From: a virus
Taxonomy: Duplodnaviria > Caudoviricetes
Length of the DNA: 44,870 nt
Virus record (IMG/VR): IMGVR_UViG_3300036982_000460
Span: 1-44,870 of that record
Reading direction: 5' to 3' (one strand)
Both the position numbers and the translations under genes were made by a program. This document shows positions 7,828-17,169 of this stretch, piece after piece. Each line of letters opens with the position of its first letter. Positions within the stretch are counted from its first letter, which is position 1. The notes beneath the pieces are model-generated. The model searched no databases and was not told where the DNA came from. It saw only the letters and a program-made list of their open reading frames with translations.

Positions 7828-9508
7828 ACCTTTAGCAGTAGCTTTATTGGAAGCTCTGCAAGATGAACTTGGTAATGCTATTGAGTTAGGTGATTTTGAT
7901 AGTGGATTAGCAACGGCGTTGCCCGGAGCTGATATGGATTATGCTGACTGGTTGCGTGTTTATGCACCACATTCTGCATCATCTAAATTAGGCGAACATC
8001 ATCATAGGGCATGGAAATGGGCTGAAGATATTACGCCCGGTAAATTTGTCCCAGCATTAATTGAATGTTGGTTTCGTGGTGGTGGCAAATCAACCACGAT
8101 GGAATTAATTGTTAGCAGATTAGCAGTTAAAGCAACTCGCAGGTTTGCTGTATATGTATGCGCCACGCAAGATATGGCTGATAGGCACGTGCAGGATATT
8201 GCAACAGCTATGGAGCGGTGTGGCATAGAACGCGCTGTAAATAAGTATGGATTTTCTAAGGGCTGGAGTGCTAGTAAACTTCGTACTGCTAATGGGTTTA
8301 ATGTACTTGCTTTTGGCCTTGACACTGGTGCTCGTGGTGTTAAGCTTGACCATCTTAGACCTGACATGATTATTCTTGACGACATTGACGAGTTAGATGA
8401 TTCGGTCAATGCTGTCGATAAGAAAATAAGAACTATTACTCAGACGATTCTTCCTGCTAAGAGTACTGACTGTGCAGTTGTTTTTGTACAGAATAGAATT
8501 CATGCAAACTCAGTAATGTCACAGGTGTTAAGTGGCGATTTAGATATGCTTCAAGATCGTATACAGTCACCAATTATTCCAGCCGTACAGGATCTTGAGT
8601 ACACAACATACGAGCGTAATGATGGACGAATGGGTTATCGGATTACGGCAGGTACTCCAACGTGGCAACACAAAACTCTTGAAGTTTGTCAGCATGAAAT
8701 TGACACATATGGACTGCTTTCATTTTTGCGTGAGTGTCAACATGAAGTGGGTGTTGGTGGATTATTCTTTCCTGACTTCCGTGAATACAACACAGATGGA
8801 AAACCATGGCATGTTGTAGATCATGTTGAAATACAACCTTGGTGGAGAATGTGGGCTAGTCACGACTTTGGTACGGGAGCACCAGCATGCTTCCTCTTAT
8901 ACGCCAGTGATGATAGAGAAAACATATACGTCATTGGAGAGATGTATGAAGCTGGATTAGTAAGTAGTAAACAAGCTGAAAAATGTTTGGAATTACTTGA
9001 GAGTAAACAATTAGGATCTCCAGCAAATATTAAAGTACGTGATGGTATTTGGAATACTAAGTTAGAAGCAATTGCATTTGACTGGGCTAATACATTTCCG
9101 CCAATGAAGGCAGAAGAACGTATTGGTGAATATCCAGTTGAAATTTGGTGGGAACGTGGATTGCCAGCAGTGAGAGCGGTTAAAGATAGAAAAGCTGGAT
9201 GGCGCAGAGTCAAAGAGTGGTTAAGTGCAACTGATATTGTTGAAGGCCAACCAAAACCAAAGTTGCAAATTGTACGTGGTGCTTGTCCAAATTTAATTAA
9301 ACAGATATCTGCCACAATGGCTCATCCTCGTGATCCTGAAGATATTGACAGTGGGACTAAAAATGATCACGCTATTGATAGTTTTCGCTATGGTGTTATG
9401 TGGCGTGAGTATCCTGTAAAGTGTCCTGAGATAGACGACAAAATGCCATCTAACGAAAAACATATACCAAGTTGGTTAAAGAAAAAGGATAATAGTAGAT
9501 GGTTATAA
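7763..9508 (+). CDS. terL: Terminase large subunit
   Basis: Walker A FRGGGKST, Walker B IILDDID, RNase H-like nuclease motifs WASHDFG and NDHAIDSFRYG. An alternative start at ATG 7934 (GGAG at 7925) is possible. Confidence 0.95.
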   Translation: MKNQVSTRATPRALKKFIRPTKPLAVALLEALQDELGNAIELGDFDSGLATALPGADMDYADWLRVYAPHSASSKLGEHHHRAWKWAEDITPGKFVPALIECWFRGGGKSTTMELIVSRLAVKATRRFAVYVCATQDMADRHVQDIATAMERCGIERAVNKYGFSKGWSASKLRTANGFNVLAFGLDTGARGVKLDHLRPDMIILDDIDELDDSVNAVDKKIRTITQTILPAKSTDCAVVFVQNRIHANSVMSQVLSGDLDMLQDRIQSPIIPAVQDLEYTTYERNDGRMGYRITAGTPTWQHKTLEVCQHEIDTYGLLSFLRECQHEVGVGGLFFPDFREYNTDGKPWHVVDHVEIQPWWRMWASHDFGTGAPACFLLYASDDRENIYVIGEMYEAGLVSSKQAEKCLELLESKQLGSPANIKVRDGIWNTKLEAIAFDWANTFPPMKAEERIGEYPVEIWWERGLPAVRAVKDRKAGWRRVKEWLSATDIVEGQPKPKLQIVRGACPNLIKQISATMAHPRDPEDIDSGTKNDHAIDSFRYGVMWREYPVKCPEIDDKMPSNEKHIPSWLKKKDNSRWL

Positions 9509-9657
9509 GTATCTTCTTTGTTATATGTTGCTCGTTAGTTACGCTGAGTGTATTAGCGCAGACTGTATTTATATATGGAATAGTGAATAACCTACGGTTA
9601 ATAAGAGAAGAGCGACTATTAGTGCAGCGAGTTGTTTCCAGTGAAAGGTGGATTTAA
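9499..9657 (+). CDS. Small single-pass membrane protein (52 aa; not in ORF track)
   Basis: MVISIFFVICCSLVTLSVLAQTVFIYGIVNNLRLIREERLLVQRVVSSERWI*. SD AAAGGA lies upstream and the ORF fills the terL-portal gap exactly. Confidence 0.7.
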   Translation: MVISIFFVICCSLVTLSVLAQTVFIYGIVNNLRLIREERLLVQRVVSSERWI

Positions 9658-9659
9658 AA

Positions 9660-12008
9660 ATGTCCGTTGATATAAATAACCTCATGCGTGGAACAATGAG
9701 TAATCGATTGCTCCAGCAGCAACAACCAAAAGTATCTGCATTTGCTAAACCATCAGCAGCAGGTACACCCGGAAGTTTTGATTTAAAAAATACGTCTAAA
9801 GAAAATCCAGACAACTTAAACATTGATCTTGCGCCAAAGGACTGGCGAGTTATACCAAAAGATCAGCCAGATGAAGCAAAGAAGATTACTGGTTTTGTAA
9901 AACAACAGTTCGACTTGTCGTATAGATCTAGACAAGAAATGGAACTTGAATGGGTTATGGCAACTGCGTTCTTTGAGGGACGTCAGTGGTTTAGGATTAA
10001 TAGTCAAGCTAGGAATTTAGAAAGCCTCCAGCACGAAGACGAACCTAACCGGTACATGACAGTGAATAAAATGCGTCCATTAATTGATGGCGTTGTAGGT
10101 AAGTTAACTCAGTGCTCACCTGACTCTAGTGCTGTACCAATTAGTAATAACCCAGTAGACTTAATGGCAGCGGATGAAGCTAATTACATTGTTAATCACT
10201 ATAATCGCAAGTTTGATCGAGAAACACAAACAAAAGAACGTGTCCGTTGGGCTTGTGTCTGCGGAACATCATTTCTAAAAATATTCTGGGACGCTAGTCA
10301 AGAGCAAGTTGTCCCACAGATGGATTCTTCTGGACAAGAAGTCATCGGTCATACCTCAATGAAGGTTGGAGATGTTATTGAACAAATCCTTCCGGCCTTT
10401 GATGTGTATTTTGATCCATCTGCAAAACGTGATTCTGATATCCGTTGGATGATTCACGCAATGGTTAAACCACTATCGTGGTTTGTGGATAAATACGGAG
10501 ATGATGGTAAGTTAGTCAAGCCTGATGGACAGAATGGTTCTAATGCTGGATATGTTGATACGTATTTAGATGGAACAAATGGTAACGGGCGTGGCTGGGT
10601 ACCACCATCACCAGTAAACCTAGGTAACACTGATACAAAGAAGCAAGCAGCAATTGTATACGAATATTGGGAAAAACCTACAGCGTTATATCCAAGTGGT
10701 CGTTACATTGTAAGTACAAACAGTTGTTTGCTTTATGCTGGTCCTTGGCCATACAAGAAGAAAGATTCATTCCCATTTATTCCTCTGCGATGGCAACCAC
10801 GTAGTGGTACACCATACGGTTATAGTCTTGGATGGGATTTGTGTTCACTGCAACTTACTTACAACCGAGTCTATTCACGACTTATTGAGCAGTTTGAAAA
10901 TCAAAAAGACTATATCCTTGTAGAGAACTTAAGTGGTGTAGGTGCAGATGCATACGACAACACTAGTGATGGAGTTGATGATAAGAATAGAATCTATCGT
11001 CGTATTAATTACAAGAGAGGTTCTCATCCACCTTCCATCCAACGTGCTCCGGGCATTGGTTCTGATTTATTCCCATTGCTTCAGATGCTAGAAAAAGACA
11101 TGATGGATGTTGCTGGATTACATGATGTAAGTCAAGGGCAAGCCAGTGCAGGTACTCCTGCTGAATCTGTTCGGTTATTGCAGCGATCTGATAACACACA
11201 GCATTCATTTATAAGAGCCGACATTGAGATCAGCGCTTCTAAGATTAAAGAGTGGGAAGTATCTTTAATCGAGCAGTTTGCCATTGTTCCATTTGTTGGA
11301 AATATTCAAGGCAAGATGTTGCCACAAGATCAAATTAGGCAGGGCGTAATGCGTTTTGATGCATTGCGATCTGGCGGTCAATACAGAATTGTTTATATTC
11401 CGGGATCATCTATGGATGATAGCCCTGATCAGAAGCTGCAGAAATTAGCGGCTATGCGACAGATGGGTGTATTTGGTGACCCGATGGATCCTGCGACAAA
11501 TAGATTATTTATTGAGCTTGCAAACATACCTAACGCATCACGTATTTACGAACACCTTGATCAGCAAGCACAGAAGATGCAAGCAGCACAAGAGCAGCAA
11601 GCCCAAATGATGCAACAGCAAACAATGATGGAAGCACAGGCGAAGCAAGAGCAGTTTAACCCAGAAGTTGAACAAGCTAAAATGCAATTAGAAGTGCAAA
11701 AGCAACAAGCAATTATTCAAGCAAAACTTGAAGCAGATATTTCTCTTGCTGCAGCAAAGGCTGGTATTGAAGCTCAGCAAAATGAGGATTACGCAGTAAC
11801 TGAACTTGGTAAAGAACAAGCTATGCCAAGTAACGAAATGAGTATGATGCCACCTATGGGCGGAGGTGCGCCACCTATGAGTGGTGGCATGCCTTCAATG
11901 GGCGGTATGCCTCCGATGAGTGGTATGCCACCTATGGGTGGACAGTCAGCTCAGCCAATGTTGCCACAATCGGGTGAGCAGCAGCCAGATATTACTGGCA
12001 TGTTTTAA
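9660..12008 (+). CDS. Portal protein (P22-like, long Gln-rich C-terminal helix)
   Basis: Position after terL. Motifs FFEGRQW, VNKMRPLIDGVVG, ACVCGTSFLKIFWD and DMMDVAGLHDVSQG, plus a Q/A-rich coiled tail. Start set at ATG 9660 after SD AAGGTGG. Confidence 0.9.
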   Translation: MSVDINNLMRGTMSNRLLQQQQPKVSAFAKPSAAGTPGSFDLKNTSKENPDNLNIDLAPKDWRVIPKDQPDEAKKITGFVKQQFDLSYRSRQEMELEWVMATAFFEGRQWFRINSQARNLESLQHEDEPNRYMTVNKMRPLIDGVVGKLTQCSPDSSAVPISNNPVDLMAADEANYIVNHYNRKFDRETQTKERVRWACVCGTSFLKIFWDASQEQVVPQMDSSGQEVIGHTSMKVGDVIEQILPAFDVYFDPSAKRDSDIRWMIHAMVKPLSWFVDKYGDDGKLVKPDGQNGSNAGYVDTYLDGTNGNGRGWVPPSPVNLGNTDTKKQAAIVYEYWEKPTALYPSGRYIVSTNSCLLYAGPWPYKKKDSFPFIPLRWQPRSGTPYGYSLGWDLCSLQLTYNRVYSRLIEQFENQKDYILVENLSGVGADAYDNTSDGVDDKNRIYRRINYKRGSHPPSIQRAPGIGSDLFPLLQMLEKDMMDVAGLHDVSQGQASAGTPAESVRLLQRSDNTQHSFIRADIEISASKIKEWEVSLIEQFAIVPFVGNIQGKMLPQDQIRQGVMRFDALRSGGQYRIVYIPGSSMDDSPDQKLQKLAAMRQMGVFGDPMDPATNRLFIELANIPNASRIYEHLDQQAQKMQAAQEQQAQMMQQQTMMEAQAKQEQFNPEVEQAKMQLEVQKQQAIIQAKLEADISLAAAKAGIEAQQNEDYAVTELGKEQAMPSNEMSMMPPMGGGAPPMSGGMPSMGGMPPMSGMPPMGGQSAQPMLPQSGEQQPDITGMF
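11847..11942 (+). repeat. Five degenerate MPPM(S/G)G peptide repeats in the portal tail
   Basis: MPPMGGGAPPMSGGMPSMGGMPPMSGMPPMGG. Confidence 0.8.
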
Positions 12009-12029
12009 AAAAGTAAAGGTATAGTATAT

Positions 12030-12890
12030 ATGTCCGAAGAGATGGTGACACGAACCGCTGATTCGCCAGCAGCGGCACCGGGCAATGTTGGTGGTGCAAT
12101 GTTGGATTTCGTTAGGGAGTCGTCTGGCTCTAACGATAGTGGAGCAGGGACGTTAAATCAATCCACTAGTAATAACGAAGCACCAACACAAACAGATAGT
12201 GTTTTTGACCCAAATTCTATTCAAGAACGAGTTAAGAAACAACTATTAGATAGTGCGTTACCGGATAAACAACCGGCAAACGTACCATATGATCGCTTCA
12301 AAGAAGTAAACGATGAAGCAAAACAGCTCCGAGCAACGCAAGAAGCGTACTCAAAGTGGGCTGATGTTATTCGGCAATTTGAGGAAAGCGGATTTTCTTC
12401 TGCGGCTGATGTGCAAAAGGCATATCAAGAACAACAGCAGCAAAGTCTAGAAACTCAAATTCGCGAGCGATGGAATGAACAGGTCCAGTCTAATTACATG
12501 GACCCAGAACTAGCTCGTGTACAAGCTGAATCTGAGATCCAGAAGTATCGTTACGACCAAGTAGTTGGTCAAATGAATACGTATATGGTTACTCAACAAC
12601 GTGAACAGGCATTGCAGCAATTTCCATATGCATCGCGAGCGCAAGATGTCATGGACAGTTTAATCCAACAGGGTATGAATCCTATGGATGCTGCATCAGC
12701 TGTACATCGTCAAGTTAGTGGTCTTGTTGAATCACTTGTCCCGCAATTAATTGACATGGTAACAAATCAGCAAGGTACACCAACACCTATTGGAAGTGGA
12801 GACTCTGCTAACGCAATGGTTCCACCGCAACAACAATCTAATCGACAATCCGGTTTCAGTAGCATTAGTCGGCTATTAGGAATCAGGTAG
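12030..12890 (+). CDS. Capsid scaffolding protein
   Basis: Located between portal and MCP. Disordered acidic N-terminus, VPYDRFKEVNDEAK motif common in phage scaffolds, coiled-coil middle, and a short terminal helix FSSISRLLGIR. Confidence 0.8.
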   Translation: MSEEMVTRTADSPAAAPGNVGGAMLDFVRESSGSNDSGAGTLNQSTSNNEAPTQTDSVFDPNSIQERVKKQLLDSALPDKQPANVPYDRFKEVNDEAKQLRATQEAYSKWADVIRQFEESGFSSAADVQKAYQEQQQQSLETQIRERWNEQVQSNYMDPELARVQAESEIQKYRYDQVVGQMNTYMVTQQREQALQQFPYASRAQDVMDSLIQQGMNPMDAASAVHRQVSGLVESLVPQLIDMVTNQQGTPTPIGSGDSANAMVPPQQQSNRQSGFSSISRLLGIR

Positions 12891-12899
12891 GAGTAAACA

Positions 12900-13913
12900 A
12901 TGGCTATCGATTTTAACGGTGCTTTAACACTCGCAGATCAGGCTGTCCTCTCGAATGATCCTCTTGTAAAAGAGATCACCATGTCTATGCACCAGACATG
13001 GAATGCAATCAAGGATATCCCTTTCTACACATCGCAGTCTTTACGGCAAGTTGGCGTTCGTTATACGAATGAAGCTGGCACAATCCCAATGCCAACGTGG
13101 TCCACAATTAACGGTGAACCAAACGCGGTTAAGGGTAAGCCAAAGTCGTACGAAGAGCAGATGTATCTTATTCGTAATAAGATTACTGTTGACTCTCGTC
13201 TCCTTGAGCAACCAAACAATATTATTGATCCAGTCGAAGCGCAGGTCAAAATCTTTTTAGAGGGTTTTGCATACGACTTTAATGACAAGTTCATTAATAA
13301 TGACCCTACATCTCCTTTAGCTACCAATAGCCCTGATTGTTTTCCGGGATTAAAGTACCGCTTAGAGAATCGTGCACAGTACGATATTCCAATGGACTGT
13401 CTTGTTGCTCCGGCTGCTACTGTTGCTACATTAGATGTATCGTCTACGTATAATGCTTCTGAGGCTAACGGTACAATTTCTGCACTTCAGGAATTGTTTG
13501 ACAACCTTAATTCACCAGATGGAAACGGCATTGTCCTTTACATGAATGAAGAAACAAAGCGTCGCTTTGAATTTATTATTCGTGCACTAGGAGCTGGTAC
13601 CGGTTTCAATACTGATGTCGATGCATTTGATCGATCTGTCGATACGTACAAGGGTGCTAAGATCCGTACCGTTGGACGTAAGGTTGATGGAACAACTCCT
13701 GTTATTACTGCACCAGCAAACTTCCAAGACGTATATGCTGTACGTTATGGAACTGGTTATGTACAGGGATGGCAGTCTGGACCATTTAAGCCTGAGTACT
13801 TAGGTAAGTCTAAGGAAAACGGAATTATGCACAATGTGTTGTTTGACTGGGGCATGGGTCTCTGGATGCCAAACACTCGTTCTATTGGTCGCTTACGTTT
13901 AGCAACTAACTAA
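12900..13913 (+). CDS. Major capsid protein (HK97 fold, Bordetella phage BPP-1-like)
   Basis: 337 aa with a strong GGAG SD, following the scaffold. Motifs LTLAD..., IKDIPF, PTWSTIN, VDSRL, FLEGF and FPGLKYR resemble the BPP-1 MCP as I recall it. Confidence 0.88.
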   Translation: MAIDFNGALTLADQAVLSNDPLVKEITMSMHQTWNAIKDIPFYTSQSLRQVGVRYTNEAGTIPMPTWSTINGEPNAVKGKPKSYEEQMYLIRNKITVDSRLLEQPNNIIDPVEAQVKIFLEGFAYDFNDKFINNDPTSPLATNSPDCFPGLKYRLENRAQYDIPMDCLVAPAATVATLDVSSTYNASEANGTISALQELFDNLNSPDGNGIVLYMNEETKRRFEFIIRALGAGTGFNTDVDAFDRSVDTYKGAKIRTVGRKVDGTTPVITAPANFQDVYAVRYGTGYVQGWQSGPFKPEYLGKSKENGIMHNVLFDWGMGLWMPNTRSIGRLRLATN

Positions 13914-13925
13914 GGAGATAATGAT

Positions 13926-14762
13926 ATGCGCGACGCAAAACTTACATTTTTGTACCCAAATGCTACAGTAACTGCTACGTCAGGAACTATGGGTTCAGTT
14001 GGTGCTGGTCCAACTACTGTCATTAGTGGAACGACTTACAATCAGGGTATTACATATACTCAGGCTGGTGCATCTGCAGCTGCTACAAACTTAAATGCTC
14101 TTGAGCTTAACTACGGTGGATTACTCATAAATGGAGTATCCGGCGCAGTGCTTGATAATGACATGAGTGGATCAGTTGATGCTGCGGACTATGTTCGTGG
14201 GCAAATTCTAAATCCAATCTATATTGTTTCTGCATTAACAGCAAACCAGTTAGCTGGATTAGATGTACTTACATGTGAAGTACACACTAGTAACACACTT
14301 GGCTTTACGCCATCTGCGTCAACAGTTGTATCTACAAATGCATATACACCACCAGCCGCGTTTACTGTTCCTGCAGTAGTTGTGACAAGTGCTAGTCCAT
14401 CAATTACGCTTACTTCTGTATTGTTTGTTACTGCAATTAACCCTACTACACTTGCAGTGTCTTTGTCTGCAACTCGTGGCGGTGGTGCTATTACCGGACT
14501 TACGTCTGTTACAGTATCTAGTATTGCCGGTCTTGCTATTAATCAAACTGTCACTTTTAGTGCTGCTGTAAACACAATCACTACAGGTCAAAACGTAATC
14601 CTTAGTGTATATAATGATGTGAACTCGACAATCTTGTCTGTTCCACTTCAGTCATACGGTAAGTTCTTACGTGTACGCTGGGTAGCAACTACAGTTCGAT
14701 CTGGTGTTTCTATTAGCGTAACTCGAACAGCCGTACAAACTGGCCGAGAAAGCTGCGCTTAG
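13926..14762 (+). CDS. Capsid cement/decoration protein (Bbp16-like) with insertions
   Basis: Directly after MCP with AAGGAG SD. MRDAKLTF N-terminus, LTCEVHTSN and PLQSYGKFLRVRW resemble Bbp16-family cement proteins. About twice the usual length. Confidence 0.6.
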   Translation: MRDAKLTFLYPNATVTATSGTMGSVGAGPTTVISGTTYNQGITYTQAGASAAATNLNALELNYGGLLINGVSGAVLDNDMSGSVDAADYVRGQILNPIYIVSALTANQLAGLDVLTCEVHTSNTLGFTPSASTVVSTNAYTPPAAFTVPAVVVTSASPSITLTSVLFVTAINPTTLAVSLSATRGGGAITGLTSVTVSSIAGLAINQTVTFSAAVNTITTGQNVILSVYNDVNSTILSVPLQSYGKFLRVRWVATTVRSGVSISVTRTAVQTGRESCA

Positions 14763-14764
14763 TT

Positions 14765-15412
14765 ATGAATTTAGGTCAAATTAAACGTAATGTAAGGATG
14801 CTGGGTAGAAATTACTTTGGCACTGATGCAGATCGTGATCCATTTGGCCTAGATTATTTAATTATCGAACAGGCCAATCAGATAGCCCGACAAACGGACT
14901 GTCTGGTTGGCCGTCGGTATTTAGACCTTACAGTAGATGTTAATGATTATTGTGCCCCTGACATTTACAAAATTAAAGTAGTAAAGATTTTAGACACATT
15001 AAATGAGTATCAAAAGGTAAGGCTATTTGATTATAGTGATCAGTACGTAGATAATTGGCGCAATCTACCGAGTGACACACGACCTGAAATTGTTGTTTTT
15101 CGTGGGATGAACAACATTAGTGTTTACCCAGCTGTAAATGCAACACTGACTAATGGACTTTTAATCGAAGGCTATTCTCAACCGGGTGATTATTGGGCAT
15201 ATGATTCTACTGGAACTGCATTAGCAAACACGGATGCTACTGAATGCCCATTACCAGACGTAGCACATGACTGCCTTGTATACGCAGTTTTACAAGCTCG
15301 CTCTATGCAGATGGCAGACATGAATGGATATCAAATATTTAAGGCTGAATATTTAGACCGATTAGCAATGGTTGATAATTTTGCAAGTACGTATGCACGG
15401 AGAGCAAAGTAA
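14765..15412 (+). CDS. Head-tail adaptor protein
   Basis: MNLGQIKRNVR...IIEQANQIARQTDCL N-terminal helices, a beta middle (ISVYPAV), and LPDVAHDCLVYAVL C-terminal helices. Position fits. Confidence 0.7.
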   Translation: MNLGQIKRNVRMLGRNYFGTDADRDPFGLDYLIIEQANQIARQTDCLVGRRYLDLTVDVNDYCAPDIYKIKVVKILDTLNEYQKVRLFDYSDQYVDNWRNLPSDTRPEIVVFRGMNNISVYPAVNATLTNGLLIEGYSQPGDYWAYDSTGTALANTDATECPLPDVAHDCLVYAVLQARSMQMADMNGYQIFKAEYLDRLAMVDNFASTYARRAK

Positions 15413-16338
15413 TGTCTAAAGGATTCCATGACCTTAGAAACGAAACACTACGTTTACTTAATGAATCAGCCGATAGTGTTATAGCTGAATTACCAAGTGG
15501 TACTGGGAGTGCCCCTACACTTACTAATGACAATGGAATTTTGCAGTATTTGAATGAAGCTGCTTTTGACTTGTGTCGTACTTGCGTGTATCTTCCAGCA
15601 ACATTATCTGTTGCATCACACACTGGTAGAACTTACGACTTTAGTGCATCGCTTTTAACATCCCCAATTACAATCCACATTAATGGAACCACTGTTCCGC
15701 TTACTCGATGTGGTGAAAATGAATTACGTTCCTATGATTTAAACTACACGATTACATCCGGTGAACCTACGTACTGGTATGAAGCTGGTTACAACAATAT
15801 TGGATTTTATTCCGTTCCATCTACTGCTATAGCATTTATTGTTCGCGGAGCTGGATTACCAACAAAACTAACCTCAAGTTCAGCCGCTGTAACCATTGGC
15901 ACAGCAACAATAACAGGAACTAACTCATTTGTTGCAAATCAAGAAATTGTTTTTGACACATCAACTGTAACTAACATTGTCGCCGGTGTGACGTATTACG
16001 TATCCGCAACGGCACTTACTACATCTGCATTTCAAATTTCAGCAACATCTGGTGGGTCATCAATTACTCCAACTGGTGGCACCGGAGGAACGTTTATTGT
16101 ATATGGCGGAAATTATTCATTCATCAGTGATGATTTATTGATGCAAGCGTTACCATCTTACGCAGCTCGTAAAATTGCTCTTAAAAACTACGATGACCCA
16201 TCTATTGTTGGTCGTACATTTTGGGGTGATTGGTACGATCAGGTGCGCATGCAGTTGTGGGCAAAATTAGACCCATCTTATAAAATGGCTAATGGGATAT
16301 TTTCTGTACCACCAGTAATGTCAGCGGGAGGCAAGTAA
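15412..16338 (+). CDS. Second head-tail adaptor paralogue with an inserted small beta domain
   Basis: FHDLRNETLRLLNE..ILQYLNEAAFDLCR and SGEPTYWY..IGFYSVP follow the same plan as 14765..15412. The insert reads NSFVANQEIVF..GVTYYVS..FQISATSGGSSI. Confidence 0.65.
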   Translation: MSKGFHDLRNETLRLLNESADSVIAELPSGTGSAPTLTNDNGILQYLNEAAFDLCRTCVYLPATLSVASHTGRTYDFSASLLTSPITIHINGTTVPLTRCGENELRSYDLNYTITSGEPTYWYEAGYNNIGFYSVPSTAIAFIVRGAGLPTKLTSSSAAVTIGTATITGTNSFVANQEIVFDTSTVTNIVAGVTYYVSATALTTSAFQISATSGGSSITPTGGTGGTFIVYGGNYSFISDDLLMQALPSYAARKIALKNYDDPSIVGRTFWGDWYDQVRMQLWAKLDPSYKMANGIFSVPPVMSAGGK

Positions 16339-16635
16339 ATGAAAATAGCTTGGTCTCGATTAATTTTAATAACACTAGCAGCTTTCATGGCTAGTGCTGC
16401 CCCTGAGTTTGACGCTTCTTGGAAAATGCAACACATACCAGACAACGCAACATTTGGCACAGTAACTCGTGCTTTATTACTTGCTGGCATTGAAGGGTTC
16501 CGCTCTGGTATACCTGCAATGACTACTGCGTTGATTGCATTCTTTATGCGACAGGATAGTAGCTTGCCTGTGTTTTCTACACGATTACCGGAGGTTACCA
16601 AGATCAGTGAAACGACGAGGGACATCGATGGATAA
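16339..16635 (+). CDS. Small membrane protein, holin/antiholin-like
   Basis: Hydrophobic segments RLILITLAAFMASAA and GIPAMTTALIAFFM. GGGAGG SD. Adjacent to the putative holin. Confidence 0.5.
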   Translation: MKIAWSRLILITLAAFMASAAPEFDASWKMQHIPDNATFGTVTRALLLAGIEGFRSGIPAMTTALIAFFMRQDSSLPVFSTRLPEVTKISETTRDIDG

Positions 16636-16912
16636 GTTGCAAATTGACTTGAACACATTGCTTGCCGGTTTTGTCGGTGCATTAATAGGTACTGACTGGA
16701 ACAAGATAAAGAATGTAGTCCAAGGAGCTATAACAGTTCTATCTGGAACTGCGTCAGCAATCTACTTAACTCCGCTTGTTGCAAAACAACTAGGATGGGA
16801 TCAGCCCCATCAGATGATTGGTCTGTCATTTCTACTTGGCACACTTGGGTTACGTACCGTACAAGCGTTCAATCTTATAATTGAAAAATCCCTTAAGAAG
16901 GTAAGTGAGTGA
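16628..16912 (+). CDS. Putative holin (94 aa, three hydrophobic helices)
   Basis: Start reassigned to ATG 16628 after GAGGG. Segments LLAGFVGALIG / AITVLSGTASAIYLTPLV / MIGLSFLLGTLGL, then a basic C-terminus. Confidence 0.7.
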   Translation: MDKLQIDLNTLLAGFVGALIGTDWNKIKNVVQGAITVLSGTASAIYLTPLVAKQLGWDQPHQMIGLSFLLGTLGLRTVQAFNLIIEKSLKKVSE

Positions 16913-17169
16913 CGTACTCAGAGTCAGCACAGTTGTTTAGGGTAGATGAATTACCAGATGGAAAAATAACTATTTGGTGGGATGATTCTGAGTCATTGGT
17001 ATTTAATGATCAAGAAACTTTTCAAAAATATTGTTACTCACTAACCCCACACATAAAAACTATGTTGCGAACTCTGTTATTGTTGGATTATTCAGAACAA
17101 CAAATATCAGGTAAAACTGCATCTTTGTCAATTAGTGATCCAGATAATATTTGGGTAGTAGCATCGTGA
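16909..17169 (+). CDS. Small acidic protein (86 aa), paralogue of 19017..19265
   Basis: GTGA overlap start. SLVFNDQETFQKYCYSL and ISGKTASL align with GLLFGDIESLETYSASL and VVGKTLIY. Confidence 0.7.
   Translation: MTYSESAQLFRVDELPDGKITIWWDDSESLVFNDQETFQKYCYSLTPHIKTMLRTLLLLDYSEQQISGKTASLSISDPDNIWVVAS

Noticed and set aside
12011-12030. TATAGT before the scaffold gene as an internal promoter
   Set aside because: It overlaps the AAAGGT SD, lies only 4 nt from the ATG and has no clear -35. Possible but unsupported.
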